A stretch of 64,000 bases of DNA from the NCBI RefSeq assembly GCF_009914755.1, contig NC_060928.1; one strand, written 5' to 3'. Numbering within the stretch: the first letter of the stretch is position 1; each line of letters opens with the position of its first letter. Under the pieces are notes generated by a model. The model ran no database searches and was not told where the DNA came from. It saw nothing but the letters and a program-made list of their open reading frames with translations. This document shows positions 24,101 to 38,732 of this stretch, piece by piece. This DNA is from the human T2T-CHM13v2.0 reference genome, Homo sapiens. The position numbers were made by a program, and so were the translations under genes.

Positions 24101-26849
24101 CTATTTTTCTGTAGATGTGTCTTCACTTACTCTTTCCTCTGGCTACACTCAGTGAAAGCCAGAGCAGGCAGCCATGAGCAGTGCTGGTTGGTCTGTGCCA
24201 CTGTGAATTGCCTTGAGCCTTCTGTATTCTGTCAGGAATTGAGATTCACTTCCTTAGCGGAGGAATTTTACAAGGGAATGGGGGAAAAGATAAAACATAG
24301 AGAATAAACAAGGGACATAATGCATAACCTCATTTAAAACAATAAAATGGCTAAAGCCATTAAAGGGGGTCATAGCATCAGAAAAGTTAAAATAAGGAAC
24401 ATATATGACTGTACATGTGTGCACAAATGTGAGAGTCAGACATTGGCTCAGAGAGAAAAAAATACAGACCAGAGAGGTTGGATATAAATAACTTACTTCA
24501 TTTTTGATGCTCAACTATTATACTATGAAGAGTTCTCTTTTCAGGATTACAGGATTTTCCAAATACTAAGTTTGTATTTTGGGTGATAGCCTTATTCCTT
24601 GAAAGTAGCATTGGAGAAACTTTTCTATAAGGAATAAAAACAAGAAAGAGGAAGCTGAATTTAATACACTTATTGACTTTCTGAAATAGTTAAAATAATG
24701 CTCAGATTGTTTTCATTACTTACATTTACTTCACTGTTATAATATTTGAATTTGAACTCATTTTGAGCCATCAGCTAAGATAAGCCTGCTCTTTAATGAC
24801 AATTGCAAGACATGTGGCCCTCTTTCTTTCTATTGGTGTATGCTATCTCGATAAAGCTTCCTTTGAGAAGTTTTGGAGTTTTTTTATGTTAACGGAATTT
24901 TCATTCTCTTGTGAAACATCACATACTATCATTAACTATCTACATTTTTCAAATTGGAAAGATATGGTCCAATGTGGTCAAGTGAATGAGTTGAGTAAAT
25001 TTATGTAGCAAGAAAATCAATATATGAAAAAATGAAACTTCAGATGTATTGAAAATACTGTGGCATTTGTCCAACTAGCTTTCCCTTAAGTCTATATTCC
25101 CATTTTCACTAAGCTCAGCTAAAATGGAAGCTAGAAGCAAAACCACAATGTTGTTGTATAAGTGTAGTTGTCACTATGGCCTAACAAGTTTGATTAGCTC
25201 CATTAACAGGAATGCTCTGCAGGGTTCTTTAAATCAAAAACATAAAAAAACCTGGATTTTCAACAAACTCTTAGTCCTAGCTGGGCCTGATAGCCTATTT
25301 GGAAATTGATTGTCCCAAGTAATTGGATTTACTCAGGCTACTGTATCAGTATCATATCTGAACTCTGCTTCTTTCTCTTCAGCTATATGTAACAGACTTC
25401 CACTGCCTACTTCATCATTCTGTCTCAGTGGAATAATCTGAGTTTCCACTGACAGAACTGTTTGGCAATGTGAAAAGTCATTAAAAGGCACTGAAAATAG
25501 CTAGTGGGATTCCTTTTTATTTTTGTTATTAGCTGTATTAATGAAAAGTTCACAAAGAAAAGAGGGAATAAAATATCTCTGCTCATAGTTAGTGCCATAT
25601 TCTGATTCTTATATTGCTTATATTCTTTAAAAGCCAATGCTATATGGGTTAATGCTCTTACTATAAAAGTCAAAAAGAACCAGATTGAATTAGTAGAAGT
25701 AGCACTGTCTTCTATGTGTCCTTCTGAGGAAAATAGATTCCCGAGATTTTACAGGTCATAATCTCAGATTTACAAGTGATTTTTAAGAAACACCTTATCA
25801 TAAAACTTTTCTTTGATTTATAAAGTTAATGTGATCCTTTCCAGAGTCAATTAGAGATATTTTCTTGGTCTTCAGCATTTAGATTTCTCATCATGTTATT
25901 GGCAATAATAATATGGCTTCCACAGGATTTCTGAATGGACAAAATTAAATGAATACATGTGAATCACCTCAATATTTTTAAAAAGTTTGCCCATTTATCA
26001 CTGTCCCCTTTCCCCTGACATTGAACCAGTTCCCCATTCATGACAAAGCATCTTTTATACCATAAATCTACATTAATTTAAATTCTCAAAGCAGTTTTTA
26101 TTGAATAATGCTGTCAAAGACTTCTGAATAGTCCAAATAAATTCTACAGATTCTCCTTTTTTTATGAATAATGTTTATTTATTAATTCACTTGTTTGTTT
26201 CTCTCTCTCTCCTTCCTTCCTTCTTTCCTTCCTTCCAAGAATAATGGCAGAGTAGTTAGACATGAGTATCCATTCTAAAAGCTTTATATGCCTTCCAAGT
26301 TCAATTGTTCCTGCTTTAAGTATTCATATTCACTAATATACTTCTTTATGATAAACACCATCAAATTGCCAGATAGGAAAGAGAGACTTGTCTTATTTTA
26401 AGGAAAATGTTATGCAAAATATAGTGAACTTGGCTCTATGCTATTCATGCTGAATGTAATAATCCAGAGAAGAGAAATAGGGTTGTTTATTGCTTTCCCT
26501 CAGTATTTTGTGTATTCTGAATATATCTGCTATTAAAATGCAGATCGTTGCTAATTTCTACCAGCTTGCTAAGTACCACAATCTCATCACCAATCTGTGT
26601 GGCAGCAGTTTTATGAAGGTTCTTTGGCTTCTGTGACTTAGCTGATGATGTTTCCTTACTATTAATGTCCTCATTCTTTCCCTCTATCTATTGACCTCCT
26701 TCCTGATTTTATAGGTGCAAGACAAATCTCTGTTCCTCCCAAGGACATTTCTGCCCACACAAGACCTACGGAGTCTACCTTTCCTCTGAACCTGTATGGC
26801 ACACACTGTAACTATGCCCCTTCTTTACCAAGTGTCATTTACAACCTTG

Positions 26850-27400
26850 CACTGCTCATGTCCTTCTCACAGTTTGAATTCATCATCTTCCACGCCAAAT
26901 CACCCTTTTTCAAGGTTCCTATTATGTTGAGTGTCTCCATCATCTAAACAGGTGTTCAATCACAAATGGGGTCATCATCTGTGACTCTCCCTTCATATTT
27001 ACCAACTGCCTCCTTAACATGTAAACATGAAGTCCTGTGCCATCTTAATATCTCTTTCTTCTACCTCTTCATGGCATCTTCAATTCCTGAGCTTAGGGGG
27101 TGATCATCTTCTTCCTGGATTACTGCTACAGCTTTCTACAACTGGTCAGATTTGAATATTGCTCACACTTAACCCATTCTCCCTCATGCAGTCAGAATAC
27201 ATGCTAAAATGCAAATGTAACCTTTTCACTTTCCTGCTGAAAACTTTTCAATAGTTCTGAAATGCTTTTAAAATGAGCGAAAATTTTCCAGCATGGCATA
27301 CAAAATCCTTTATGATCTAGCCACTACTTAGCTATTCAGCTTTGTATCTGGGAACTCTCCAGTTTATACCTTAAGCTCCTGGCACACTGAGCTGAACATA
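26850..27400 (+). mobile_element. LINE-2 remnant
   Basis: Degenerate L2 3'-region motifs (gtcatcatct..gactctccc; cctggattactgc; gcatggcatacaa). Confidence 0.45.
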
Positions 27401-29334
27401 GATATTGCCCATGTTAGTGAATGTACAATGGGACTTTTCTTGTTGTCTTAGAATTTCTGCTAAAGTTTGAAGGTGGTAGGTGATCAGTATTTACAACTTC
27501 TAAAGAGAGCTGCTAAACATTTCTATAGACATCTCTAATAGCAAAATGGGTTTGTAAGTATCATTTTCCATAATCCACCTCCAGCCTATACAACAGAAAA
27601 TTAGAAATTTAAAAAACAGTTGATTGGAAATTAGGAGAATTGCTAGTGGTAAATGATGCTATGGTATTTCCCCTCTGTCCGTGAAAATCAGAGGGACCAC
27701 ATCCTCTTCCCCAAGTCATGTGAGGAGTCATCAAAAGTATTCGTCATAGAGATCAGAGGTGTCTGAAAGAGGGAAACCCCAAATCTTACAACCTTGCTAG
27801 TTGTTCAGTGTACTATGGAATTGCTGGCTTGGGCTCTGGAATGTACTGAAGCAGAGAATTGGATTCCTAGGGAAAATATCCTTTGGGGACTAGAAACATA
27901 TGTGAACACGGAGCCTGGTAATTTTTATCTCCACGTTGAATTTGAATGGCAGTAGGCTGAGGTAAGTACCAATATGAAGGCAACAAGGCAATAGTCAATA
28001 GAAGCAGCATTGTCAGGGAAAGCTTGTGAGAATTTCCTATGGGCCAAGTGGATGGTGTGGAGGAAGGAACTAACTCCTGCAGAGGTGAGGGGGATCCATT
28101 TGAATTCTCTGTATGACAGTGTACATTCAGGGGCAGGAGCTTGATGGGGTTTGCCAAATATTGGAGGCAGAGGGGGGAGTTGTCTTCTTGAAACAAACAC
28201 GCTGCAGAAGTCTCTAGAGAAATCAGGGATATCTCTAAAGAATTCCCTAGTATTTCATGAAACAACCAGCATTTGAATATTCTCCATAAAGAGCATGCTA
28301 TCCAGCTGGAGTCAGCCAAGAGAGAAACACAAACATACTGGCCAAATAAGACCTCTGTCCCCTGTCTTCTGAATCCTCTTCTCTTTATTCCCTACATTGG
28401 GGAAGCTTGGAAGGATGGGGAAAAGATAGAGTAGGAGAAATGAGAAAACAGACCAAGCTCCCTACCTACTGCAGGTCTGGGAGTCATGAGCTGGGGAGAA
28501 GAGAGAGATTGCAAATGAGGTATGATTAACTCAGTTCTTCAATGGACATTTATTGAGCATTTCTTTTATGCCTGAAACAGTTCTAGACTGGATTAGACTA
28601 AATTTTGATTAGACTAAGATTTTGATTTATGTGGCCTGTAATTTTTAATATCTGAAATTGAAACTATTTTTATAGCTGAAAATGACTGAAAAGTGATGGG
28701 TTTTGCCCATGATGGCAATAAAGGGCTAGGGGCAGAGAAGATCCAGAGATGCATGTTAAACCCTGTGATGGGAGAAAAATAATGTTGTCTGTGTATATCC
28801 CATCAAATGCCACTCATTCAACAAACCAGTTATACTCTAAATGTACCTTGTCCTCTCTAATCTTCCTGCTTTATGCATGACTTTCCCTGCCTGGGTATTC
28901 CACACACTACCTGTACCTAGAGTTTCTTGGTGAGCTAAATAAATTTTTACAATGTCATTGTGTGGGAGCATTTCCTTACTCTCATGTGACTGATCAGTTC
29001 CTTTCCTATGAATTCTAAGGCCCTTCCCTTTCATAATACTGTTTATTTCTTTCTAAATTGTTGGTTCCTTGAGTGCAGAGAATTCCTCTTATAAACTTTC
29101 TGTCTCTAGTGTCTAGTATGTACTCGTGCATCGTAGATGCCCAGCACATAATTGAATGTAAGTAAGCAGATTAAGGGACGAGACCATGCTTTATACTTTG
29201 CATTGTTTTCTATGGTGACTGAGTAACGTGTCATACTTAGGAATAAGTCTTTAAATGTCAGTGTTGTAGATCTAGCCACTAGTTTGTGGTCCAGCTTTAT
29301 ATATTTATATAGACAGTGCTGCTGATGTGTGTTT

Positions 29335-29378
29335 TAGCTCACTATAGGCACCAGATAGCTCACTATAGGCACCAGATA
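29335..29378. repeat. Perfect 21-bp tandem duplication
   Basis: tagctcactataggcaccaga x2. Confidence 0.9.
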
Positions 29379-29716
29379 CTTGATCGTATGAGACAGAGTC
29401 CCAGGCCCTGTAACTGCTGGTGAGTTTCTTTATCTCTAAACTTTATGAAGATGACAAAAGGATTTGTTGAGAATAACAGAATTTATATTCTGGAATAAAA
29501 ATGATATGATTTTCTATAAACATATTTTATGTGTAAATGTACAAGGGCTTTGAATCCTATACTTAGATATTTCTCAGTAACAACAGTATATACCCAAGTT
29601 AACAGTTCCTTTCTGGTCTGTACACTTCCTTGACTTGCGCTGATGTTCACTTGTGTGTCTTCTGGGCATTACTGTCCTACAGATTCCACGCTGTAGGAGA
29701 GTCATGCCAGAAGTTA

Positions 29717-30220
29717 TTATATCACTTAGGATTAGGTGTAGCCAAATTACAGAAAACTTAAAATAATAGTTACTTAAATATAATAACAGATGTTTATTTT
29801 TCTCTGTTGCAAAAGAAATCCAGAGATAGAATAGTGCAAAGTGAATTTGGTAGCTCCATAGTCATCAGGGAGTCAGGCTTTTTCTCAGTTTTAGCTCCTG
29901 CATCCCAGCATGTGCTGCCATCTTGAAGGTCACCTCATAGTCTTAGGAGGTTATTGATCTTCCAGCTGTCATGTCCAAGTTACAGAACACAGGAAGAAAA
30001 AAGGAAGGATAACAGTGACTTACAAAGAGACATATAGCTTCAATCAGCCTTCCCAAGAGTCCCACTGAGTGCTTCTGCTTGCATTTCATTGGCCAGAACT
30101 TACCCACTTAGCAAACTGTCTGCTCTACCAGAGGCTAGGAACTGCTGTCTTTTAGTTAAAATTGGAGCTTATTGTTTACAAAAAAGATTGGTGACAACTA
30201 GAGAATATAATCTCTGCCAT
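29717..30220 (-). mobile_element. Old MLT1-type LTR
   Basis: Motifs 'tttattttttctc', 'tcattggccagaact' typical of old MLT1. Confidence 0.5.
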
Positions 30221-32880
30221 GGCTGCATTCTTGTATAAGGGTTTACTATTTATCACCTTGTCTCTTATTTTACTCCATGTTTCCCTTCAACACAATATCT
30301 TCACCTGTTGATTTTCACAAAATGCCACACTTCACTCCAATCTGCTCTGAAAATCCTGGCTGCCTGCTATGTTCGTTCCAGAGAAATCACTTTTGTGTGT
30401 TTGCATGGCCTTGCTGCTCTCCATCTAACTTAAATGCTCAGTCCTGCATCTGCACTCTCACAGCCAGGAGCATTCTCCTTGGAGGGCTGAGACCATGGGC
30501 AGGATTTTATTTTGTTCCTTTCCAGTTCAAGTAGTCATTTTTTGGGGCTCAGAATATAAGCTGAAAATCAGGTCTGGCTTTGCAGCATTTTGATACTTCC
30601 TGGCCAAATGATGGGTGGGTAGAGGATCTCACATGTGCTCTGAGGTGTTCTGCAGCTGGTACTCATTGGTATCGAGTGCTCTCCCTTGCTGCTTCTGTTT
30701 CCTAGGTGGGCCACCTTCTTCTCTGCTGATCTCTTCCTGGGACTTCCAGACACAGAGACCTCAGTAGGAGCTGCTGCTTCCAAGAAGGTACATTGAGAAA
30801 GGCAAGTGCTTCATGTTCCACATGAATATCATATAATGCTCTATGAGGATTTGTGCAAAGATTTGGGTAACTCTATGGAATTACAGTGTAGATGGTGAAA
30901 AATGTAAACTATATGAAAAACAGTACTTTTCCATGGCCAAGAGAGAACCATTTGAGATGCTCAGTCTTTCAGAGGGTGTCCTTTGTTGCTCCTGCACATT
31001 AGGTTCTTTCTATGTGAGAGCTACTTTTCTTCTGTAGCCATAGGAACCAGTTTTACACCAAAAACTATTTCCATCCTCATTCTGCCAGTAGTTTAGTTCT
31101 CCATGTTTGAGTTACTAGGAGGATAACATTCATGAGAGTTAGTTCATAGTCACTTATGACATTCCAATTTCCACAGAACGATCCAGAGTAGATATTCCAC
31201 ATTTCTCTTATTTTTCCCATAGGTTATTGGTGTACAGATGGTATTTGGTTACATGAGTAAGTTCTTTAGTGGTGGTTTCTGAGATTTTGGTGCACCCTCA
31301 CTTAAGCAGTGTACACTATACCCAGTGTATAGTCTTTTAATCCTCACCCCACTCCCACCCTTCTCCCCAAGTCCCCAAAGTCCACTGCATCATTCTTATG
31401 ACTTTGCATCCTCATAGCTTAGCTCCCATATATCAGTGAGAACATATGATGTTTGGTTTTCAATTCCTGAGTTACTTCACTTAGAATAATAGTCTCCAAT
31501 CTCATTCAGGTTGCTTCAAATGCCACTAATTCAGTCCTCTCTATGGCTGAGTAGTATTCCGTTGTATACATACACCCCACAGTTTCTTTATCCACTTGTT
31601 GATTGATGGGTATTTGGGTTGGTTCCATGATTTTGCAATTGTGAATTGTGCTGCTATAAACATGCATGTGCAAGTATCTTTTTTGTATAATGACTTATTT
31701 TCCTCTGGGTAGATATCTAGTAGTGGGATTGCTGACTCAAATGGTAGTTCTACGTTTAGTTCTTTAAAAACCGTTTTCCATAGTAGCTGTACTAGTTTAC
31801 ATTCCCATCAGCAGTGTAAAAATGTTCCCTGACCACTGCATCCATGCCAACATCTGCTTTTTGATTTTTTGATTATGGCCATTCTTGCAGGAGTAAAGTG
31901 GTATTGCATTGTGGTTTTGATTTGCATTTCCCTGATCATTAGTGATGTAGAACATTTTTCATAAGTTTGTTGGCCATTTGTATATCTTTTTTTGATAATT
32001 GTCGATTCATGTCCTTAGCCCACTTTTTGATGGGACTGTTTGTTTTTTTCTTACTAATTTGTTTGAGTACATTGTAGATTCTGGATACTAGTCCTTTGTC
32101 AGATGTATAGATTGTGAAGATTTTTTTCCCACTTTTTCCATGCAAAAGCTTTTTGGTTTAATTAAGTTCAGCTATTTAGCTTGTTTTTATTGCATTTGCT
32201 TTTGGGTTCTTGGTCATGAAATCCTTGCCTAAGCCAATGTCTACAAGAGTATTTCCAGTGCTATCTTCTAAAATTTTTATAGTTTCAGGTTTTAGATTTA
32301 AGTCCTTAATCCATCTTGAGTTGATTTTTGTATAAGGTGAGAGATGAGGATGCAGTTTTATTCTCCTACATATGGATAGCCAATTTTCCCAGCATCATTT
32401 GTTGAAAGGGGTATCCTTTCCCCACTTTGTTTTTGTTTGCCTTGTCAAAGATCAGTTGGCTGTATTTGGGTTTATTTCTGGGTTCTCTCTCTGTCCTATT
32501 CATCTATATGCCTATTTTTATACCAGTACCATGCTGTTTTGGTGACTATGGCCTTATAGTTTGAAATCAGGTAGTGTGATGCCTCCAGGTATTTTCTTTT
32601 TGCTTAGTCTTGCTTTGGCTATGCAGTGTCTTTTTTGGTTCCATGTGAATTTTATAAATGTTTTTCTAATTCTGTGAAGAATGATAGTGGTATTTTGATG
32701 GGGACTGCATTGAAATTGAAGATTGCTTTTGGCAGTATGGTCATTTTCATAGTATTGATTCTACCCATCTACGAGCATGGGATGTGTTTCCATTTACTTG
32801 TGTCATCTATAATTTATTTCAGCAGTATTTTGTAGTTTTCCTTGTAGAGGTCTTTCACCTCCTTGGTTAGGTATATTCCT

Positions 32881-32882
<2 letters not shown>

Positions 32883-32936
<54 letters not shown>
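32883..32936. repeat. Long perfect (GT)n microsatellite
   Basis: Direct reading. Confidence 0.95.
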
Positions 32937-32939
<3 letters not shown>

Positions 32940-33140
32940 ATGCTATTGTAAAAGGGGTTGATTTTTTATTTGATTCTCTGCTTGTTTGCTGTTGGTGTAT
33001 AGAAGACCTAATGATTTATGTACATTAATCTTGTATCCGGAAACTTTGCTGAATTCTGTTATCAGTTCTAGGAGCTTTCTGGAGGAGTCTTTAAGGTTTT
33101 TGAGGTAAACAATTATATTGCCAGCAAACAGTGACAGTTT

Positions 33141-34339
<1,199 letters not shown>

Positions 34340-35232
34340 ACTTCCTCTTTACCAATTTGGATGCCCTTTTTTTCTTTCTCTTGTCTGATTACTCTGGCTA
34401 GGATTTCCAGTACTATGTTGAAGAGGAGTGGTGAGAGTAGGCATCCTTGTCTTGTTCTACTTCTCAGAGGGAATGCTTTCAACTTTTCCCCTTTCAGTAT
34501 TATGTTGGCTGTGGGTTTATCATAGTTGATTTTTATTACATTGAAGTATGTCCCTTGTATACCGATTTTGCTGAGAGTTTTAAACATAAAGTGACACTAG
34601 ATTTTGTCGAATGCTTTTTCTGCATCTGTTGAGATGATCATGTGATTTTTGTTTTTAATTCTGTCTATATGGTGTATCACATTTATTGACTTGCATATGT
34701 TAAACCATCCCTGCATCCCTGGTATGAAACTCGCTTGATATTGGTGGATTATCTTTTTAATATGTTGTTGGATTCAGTTAGTTAGTATTTTGTTAAGAAT
34801 TTTAGCGTCTGTGTTCATCAGGGATGTCGGTCCGTAGTTTTCTTTTTTGGTAATGTCCTTTCCTGGTTTTGGTATTAGGGTGATGCTGGCTTCATAGAAT
34901 GAATTAAGAGGGTTCCCTCTTTATTTTATGGAATAGTGTCAAAAGGATTGGTACCAATTCTTCTTTGAATATCTGGTAGAATTCTGCTGTGAATCCATCT
35001 GGTCCTGGACTTCTTTTTTGTTGGTAATTTTATGACCATTTCAATCACACTGCTTGTTATTGGTCTGTTCAGGGTATCTAATTCTTCCTGATTTAAGCTA
35101 GGGCAGTTGTATCTTTCCAGGAATTTATCCATCTCTTTTAGGATTTCTAGTTTATGTGCATAAAGATTTTCATAGTAGCCTTGAATGATCTTTTTTATTT
35201 CAGTGATATCAGTTGCAGTACCTTCCGTTTCA

Positions 35233-35548
<316 letters not shown>

Positions 35549-35824
35549 GTGTATTCTACGGTTGTTGGATGAAATGTGCTGTGTATATCTATTAAGTCAT
35601 ACACTGTTGGTAGGAATGTAAATTGGTACAACACTCTATATATGGAAACTGAAGCTGTTGGTGCCAATAGAAAACAAGACCTTTGGGAAATCTTGACATT
35701 TATGAGATGTGTGGAAGATAAACTCATGTAAGTCATTGAAAACAAATGGTCTTTAGCACATATTTTTGTCATTCACACTATCGTTGAACACTTATTGCAT
35801 AAATGGCAAGCTCTTAATAGTTTA

Positions 35825-37055
35825 TTTCAATTTTTAAATTATGGTAAAATACACATGACATGAAATTTACCCTCCTAGCCACTTTTAGCTGTACAGTTTA
35901 GTGGTATTAAATACATTCATAATGTTTTGCAACCATCACCATCATCCATCTCCATAATTCTTTTTATCTTGTCAAACTGAAACCCTATGCCCATTAAACA
36001 AAAAGTTCCTGTTTCACCTCCCCTGAATTCCCTGGCAACCACCATTTTACTTTTTGTTTCTCTGATTTTGCCTATTCTAAGTACCTAATATAAGTAGAGA
36101 CATATAGCTTGTCTTTTTGTGTTTGGCTTACTTAACTTACCATAATATCCTCAAGTTTCATCCATGTTGTAGCATATTGCAGAATTTCCTTCCTTTTAAA
36201 AGCAGAATAATATTCCATTGTGTGTGTGTGTGTCTGTCTATCTATATATCATATTTTGCTTATCCATCATCTGTTAATGGACACTTTGGGGTTGCTTTTA
36301 CATTTTAGGTATTGTGAATACTGCTATGAACATGGTCAAGACTCTACTTTTAATTCTCTAGGATATATACATAGAAGTGGAATTGCTGTATCATATGGTA
36401 ATTCTGTTTTTAATTTTTTGAGGGACCACCATATTGTTTTCCATACTGTTTTTCCATGGCTGTACCATTTTACACACAATGATTCCAATTTCTGCACATC
36501 CTCGCCAGCACTTGTTATTTTCTATCTTTTTGATAGTAGTTATGCTAACGGGTATGAGGTGATTACCTCATTGTGGTTTTGATTTGCATTTCCTAAATGA
36601 TTAGTAATGTTGAACACCTTTTCAAGGACTTGTTGGCTATTCATGTATCTTCTTTGAATAAATGCCTATTTAACTCCTTTGCCTATTTGTAAATTGTTTT
36701 TATGTTGAGTTTTAGGAATTCTTTATATACTCTGGAGACCAACCCTTCATCGGGTATGATTTGCAAGTATTTTCTCTCATTCTGTGGGTTCTCTTTTTAC
36801 TCTTTTGATAATAAATTTTGATGCATAAATTTAAAACATTTTGAATGAAGTTTATCTAGTTTTGTTTCTTTTGTTGCCTGTGTCTTTTTTGTTATATCTA
36901 AGAAATATTTGCAGAATCCAGTGTTGTGAAGCTTTTGCCCTTTGTTTTTTTCCTAAGAGTTTTATTGTTTTAAGTCTTGCATTTAGGTGTTTAATCCATT
37001 TGGGGTTAATTTTTGTGCATGGTGTTTGGTAAGAGTTCAACTTATACTCTTCCGT
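35825..37055 (-). mobile_element. LINE-1 (L1MB-like) 3' portion
   Basis: ORF 36852..37082 TPCTKINPKWIKHLN; L1MB-type 3' end 'ggtaaaatacacat..aaatttacc'. Confidence 0.85.
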
Positions 37056-38653
37056 ATTAAAAGAGTATACTTCCAATCTCATATATTTTTGTCATTCTTG
37101 TTTTTCAATGGACACGAGAAGCTATCTTCTTGGTAAAGCAAAAATATAAATTTATGAGTTTAGCTCAAATAGCCCATTCTTTCTGCCTTTCCCCAGCTCC
37201 TTTTACTTTACATATCTATCCTCAGCTCTCAACCAACCCTCTGTTACTTGGCTTGTAGATCCCACTTATGATTATTATTTATGTCCTTAAAGATGTGCAA
37301 TCTGCTTGCAATTTTTACTTTCTTATAAGTGGGAATTTTTATAATCTTTACAAATGGAGTCACATTGGGCATAATCTAAATCCCTTCCAAATATTGTGTA
37401 GATCTAGCTACTGACTTTATGTTTTATGTTTTTTGGTTGTGGTTGCTAATATTTATAAATAAGCTTGTAAAAATTACTAGTTATTTCTCTTAGCAAAATT
37501 ACAAGAAGGAATCATTAGCTATATACTGCTAAAATAGATTGTCTTAATAAGAAATATCCAAGAAAGGAGCTAATTAAAGTAATAATCATGTCTTTGGACA
37601 AGACAGTTGAGAGAAGATATAGAGGAGGTGGAAATGGTTCAGTGCCAGAAAAAGCTCAAGGCTAGTAACTAGAAAGTGGCACTTACTTTTGCTCCTAAAT
37701 TTAATCCCATCAGATACTCTCCTGTGCAGAACTGTCCAGTAAACTGTCAGCCACGAACTGCATACCTTCTCTCTCACTGTGTTGTGTTTACCTTTTTTTA
37801 TGATTAGCAGGTGGAATGTTCAATTAACTGTAGAGCTAATATTACAGAAAACAATTGTCCAAAAAGTAGAGGACTCCCTTGAGTTCTAATAAGAAAGCAA
37901 AGATAAATAGCCAGGCTGCACATACATCCCAAGTTCTTTGGAATTGGGTTTATTAACAGAAACTGAAATATACAGAAGCAGTACCAACAGTGTGTACCTC
38001 TGTTCTTCTTACACTTTAGGGCAACACAGAGATCTAGCAGCACCAGACATCCACTTCCATTAGAGGGAGCCTGGTTGTGTGGTTAGGAAGTTGCCTGCTT
38101 GGGGAAAATCAGATCCTGTGCTGGCTTAATCAAGGGCACAGTAAAGGATCAAGAAGAGGTAGATCTTTGGCCCTGGTCCTGTTTCGCCACCTCAGCACCA
38201 GGTTAGGGGAGTACCAGCCATTCCATAGGCCTGGTCAGGGGTGGCAGCTCCTGTGCATTGATGATTCATTGGTCTGATCCACCACCTCAGAATTCTATTG
38301 GGATTGATTGTCTTTAGCACTCAGTTCCAGTTATTTCTTTGTTGCTCTACAGTTTTCTCTCTGAGCAGCTAACCTGTAAAATCAGACTATATATATATAT
38401 ACACATATAGCTGTTTTATATATATATATCAGCAAATTTTTGGAGGGGGACAAATTAACTCTTCTCTTTATGACCCCTCTTACAATTTCTGTAAGTACTC
38501 AAGCAACTGTACAGCGGGGACTGACAGAAAAGAATTCTTGGGACATCACAGTCCTTTCCATGGGGTACTGAAGGTCATAGTGGGACTGCTTTACAAGACA
38601 AGAGAGACTTGATTTTCAAGGAAATTTCAAGCTGGTTTAAAGGATGCTTCTTT

Positions 38654-38732
38654 TTTTATTTTTTGTATTATAATCATGCTGCTATAAAGACACATGTGCA
38701 CATATGTTTATTGCGGCACTACTCACAATAGC
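38654..38732 (-). mobile_element. Miniature 5'-inverted (twin-primed) L1PA insertion
   Basis: 15-bp TSD AAAGGATGCTTCTTT (38639-38653, 38733-38747), poly-T, ~60 bp sense ORF2-end sequence. Confidence 0.85.

Noticed and set aside
27867-28319. 150-aa minus-strand ORF
   Set aside because: Non-ATG start, no recognisable domain; probably lies in an old LTR-like remnant.
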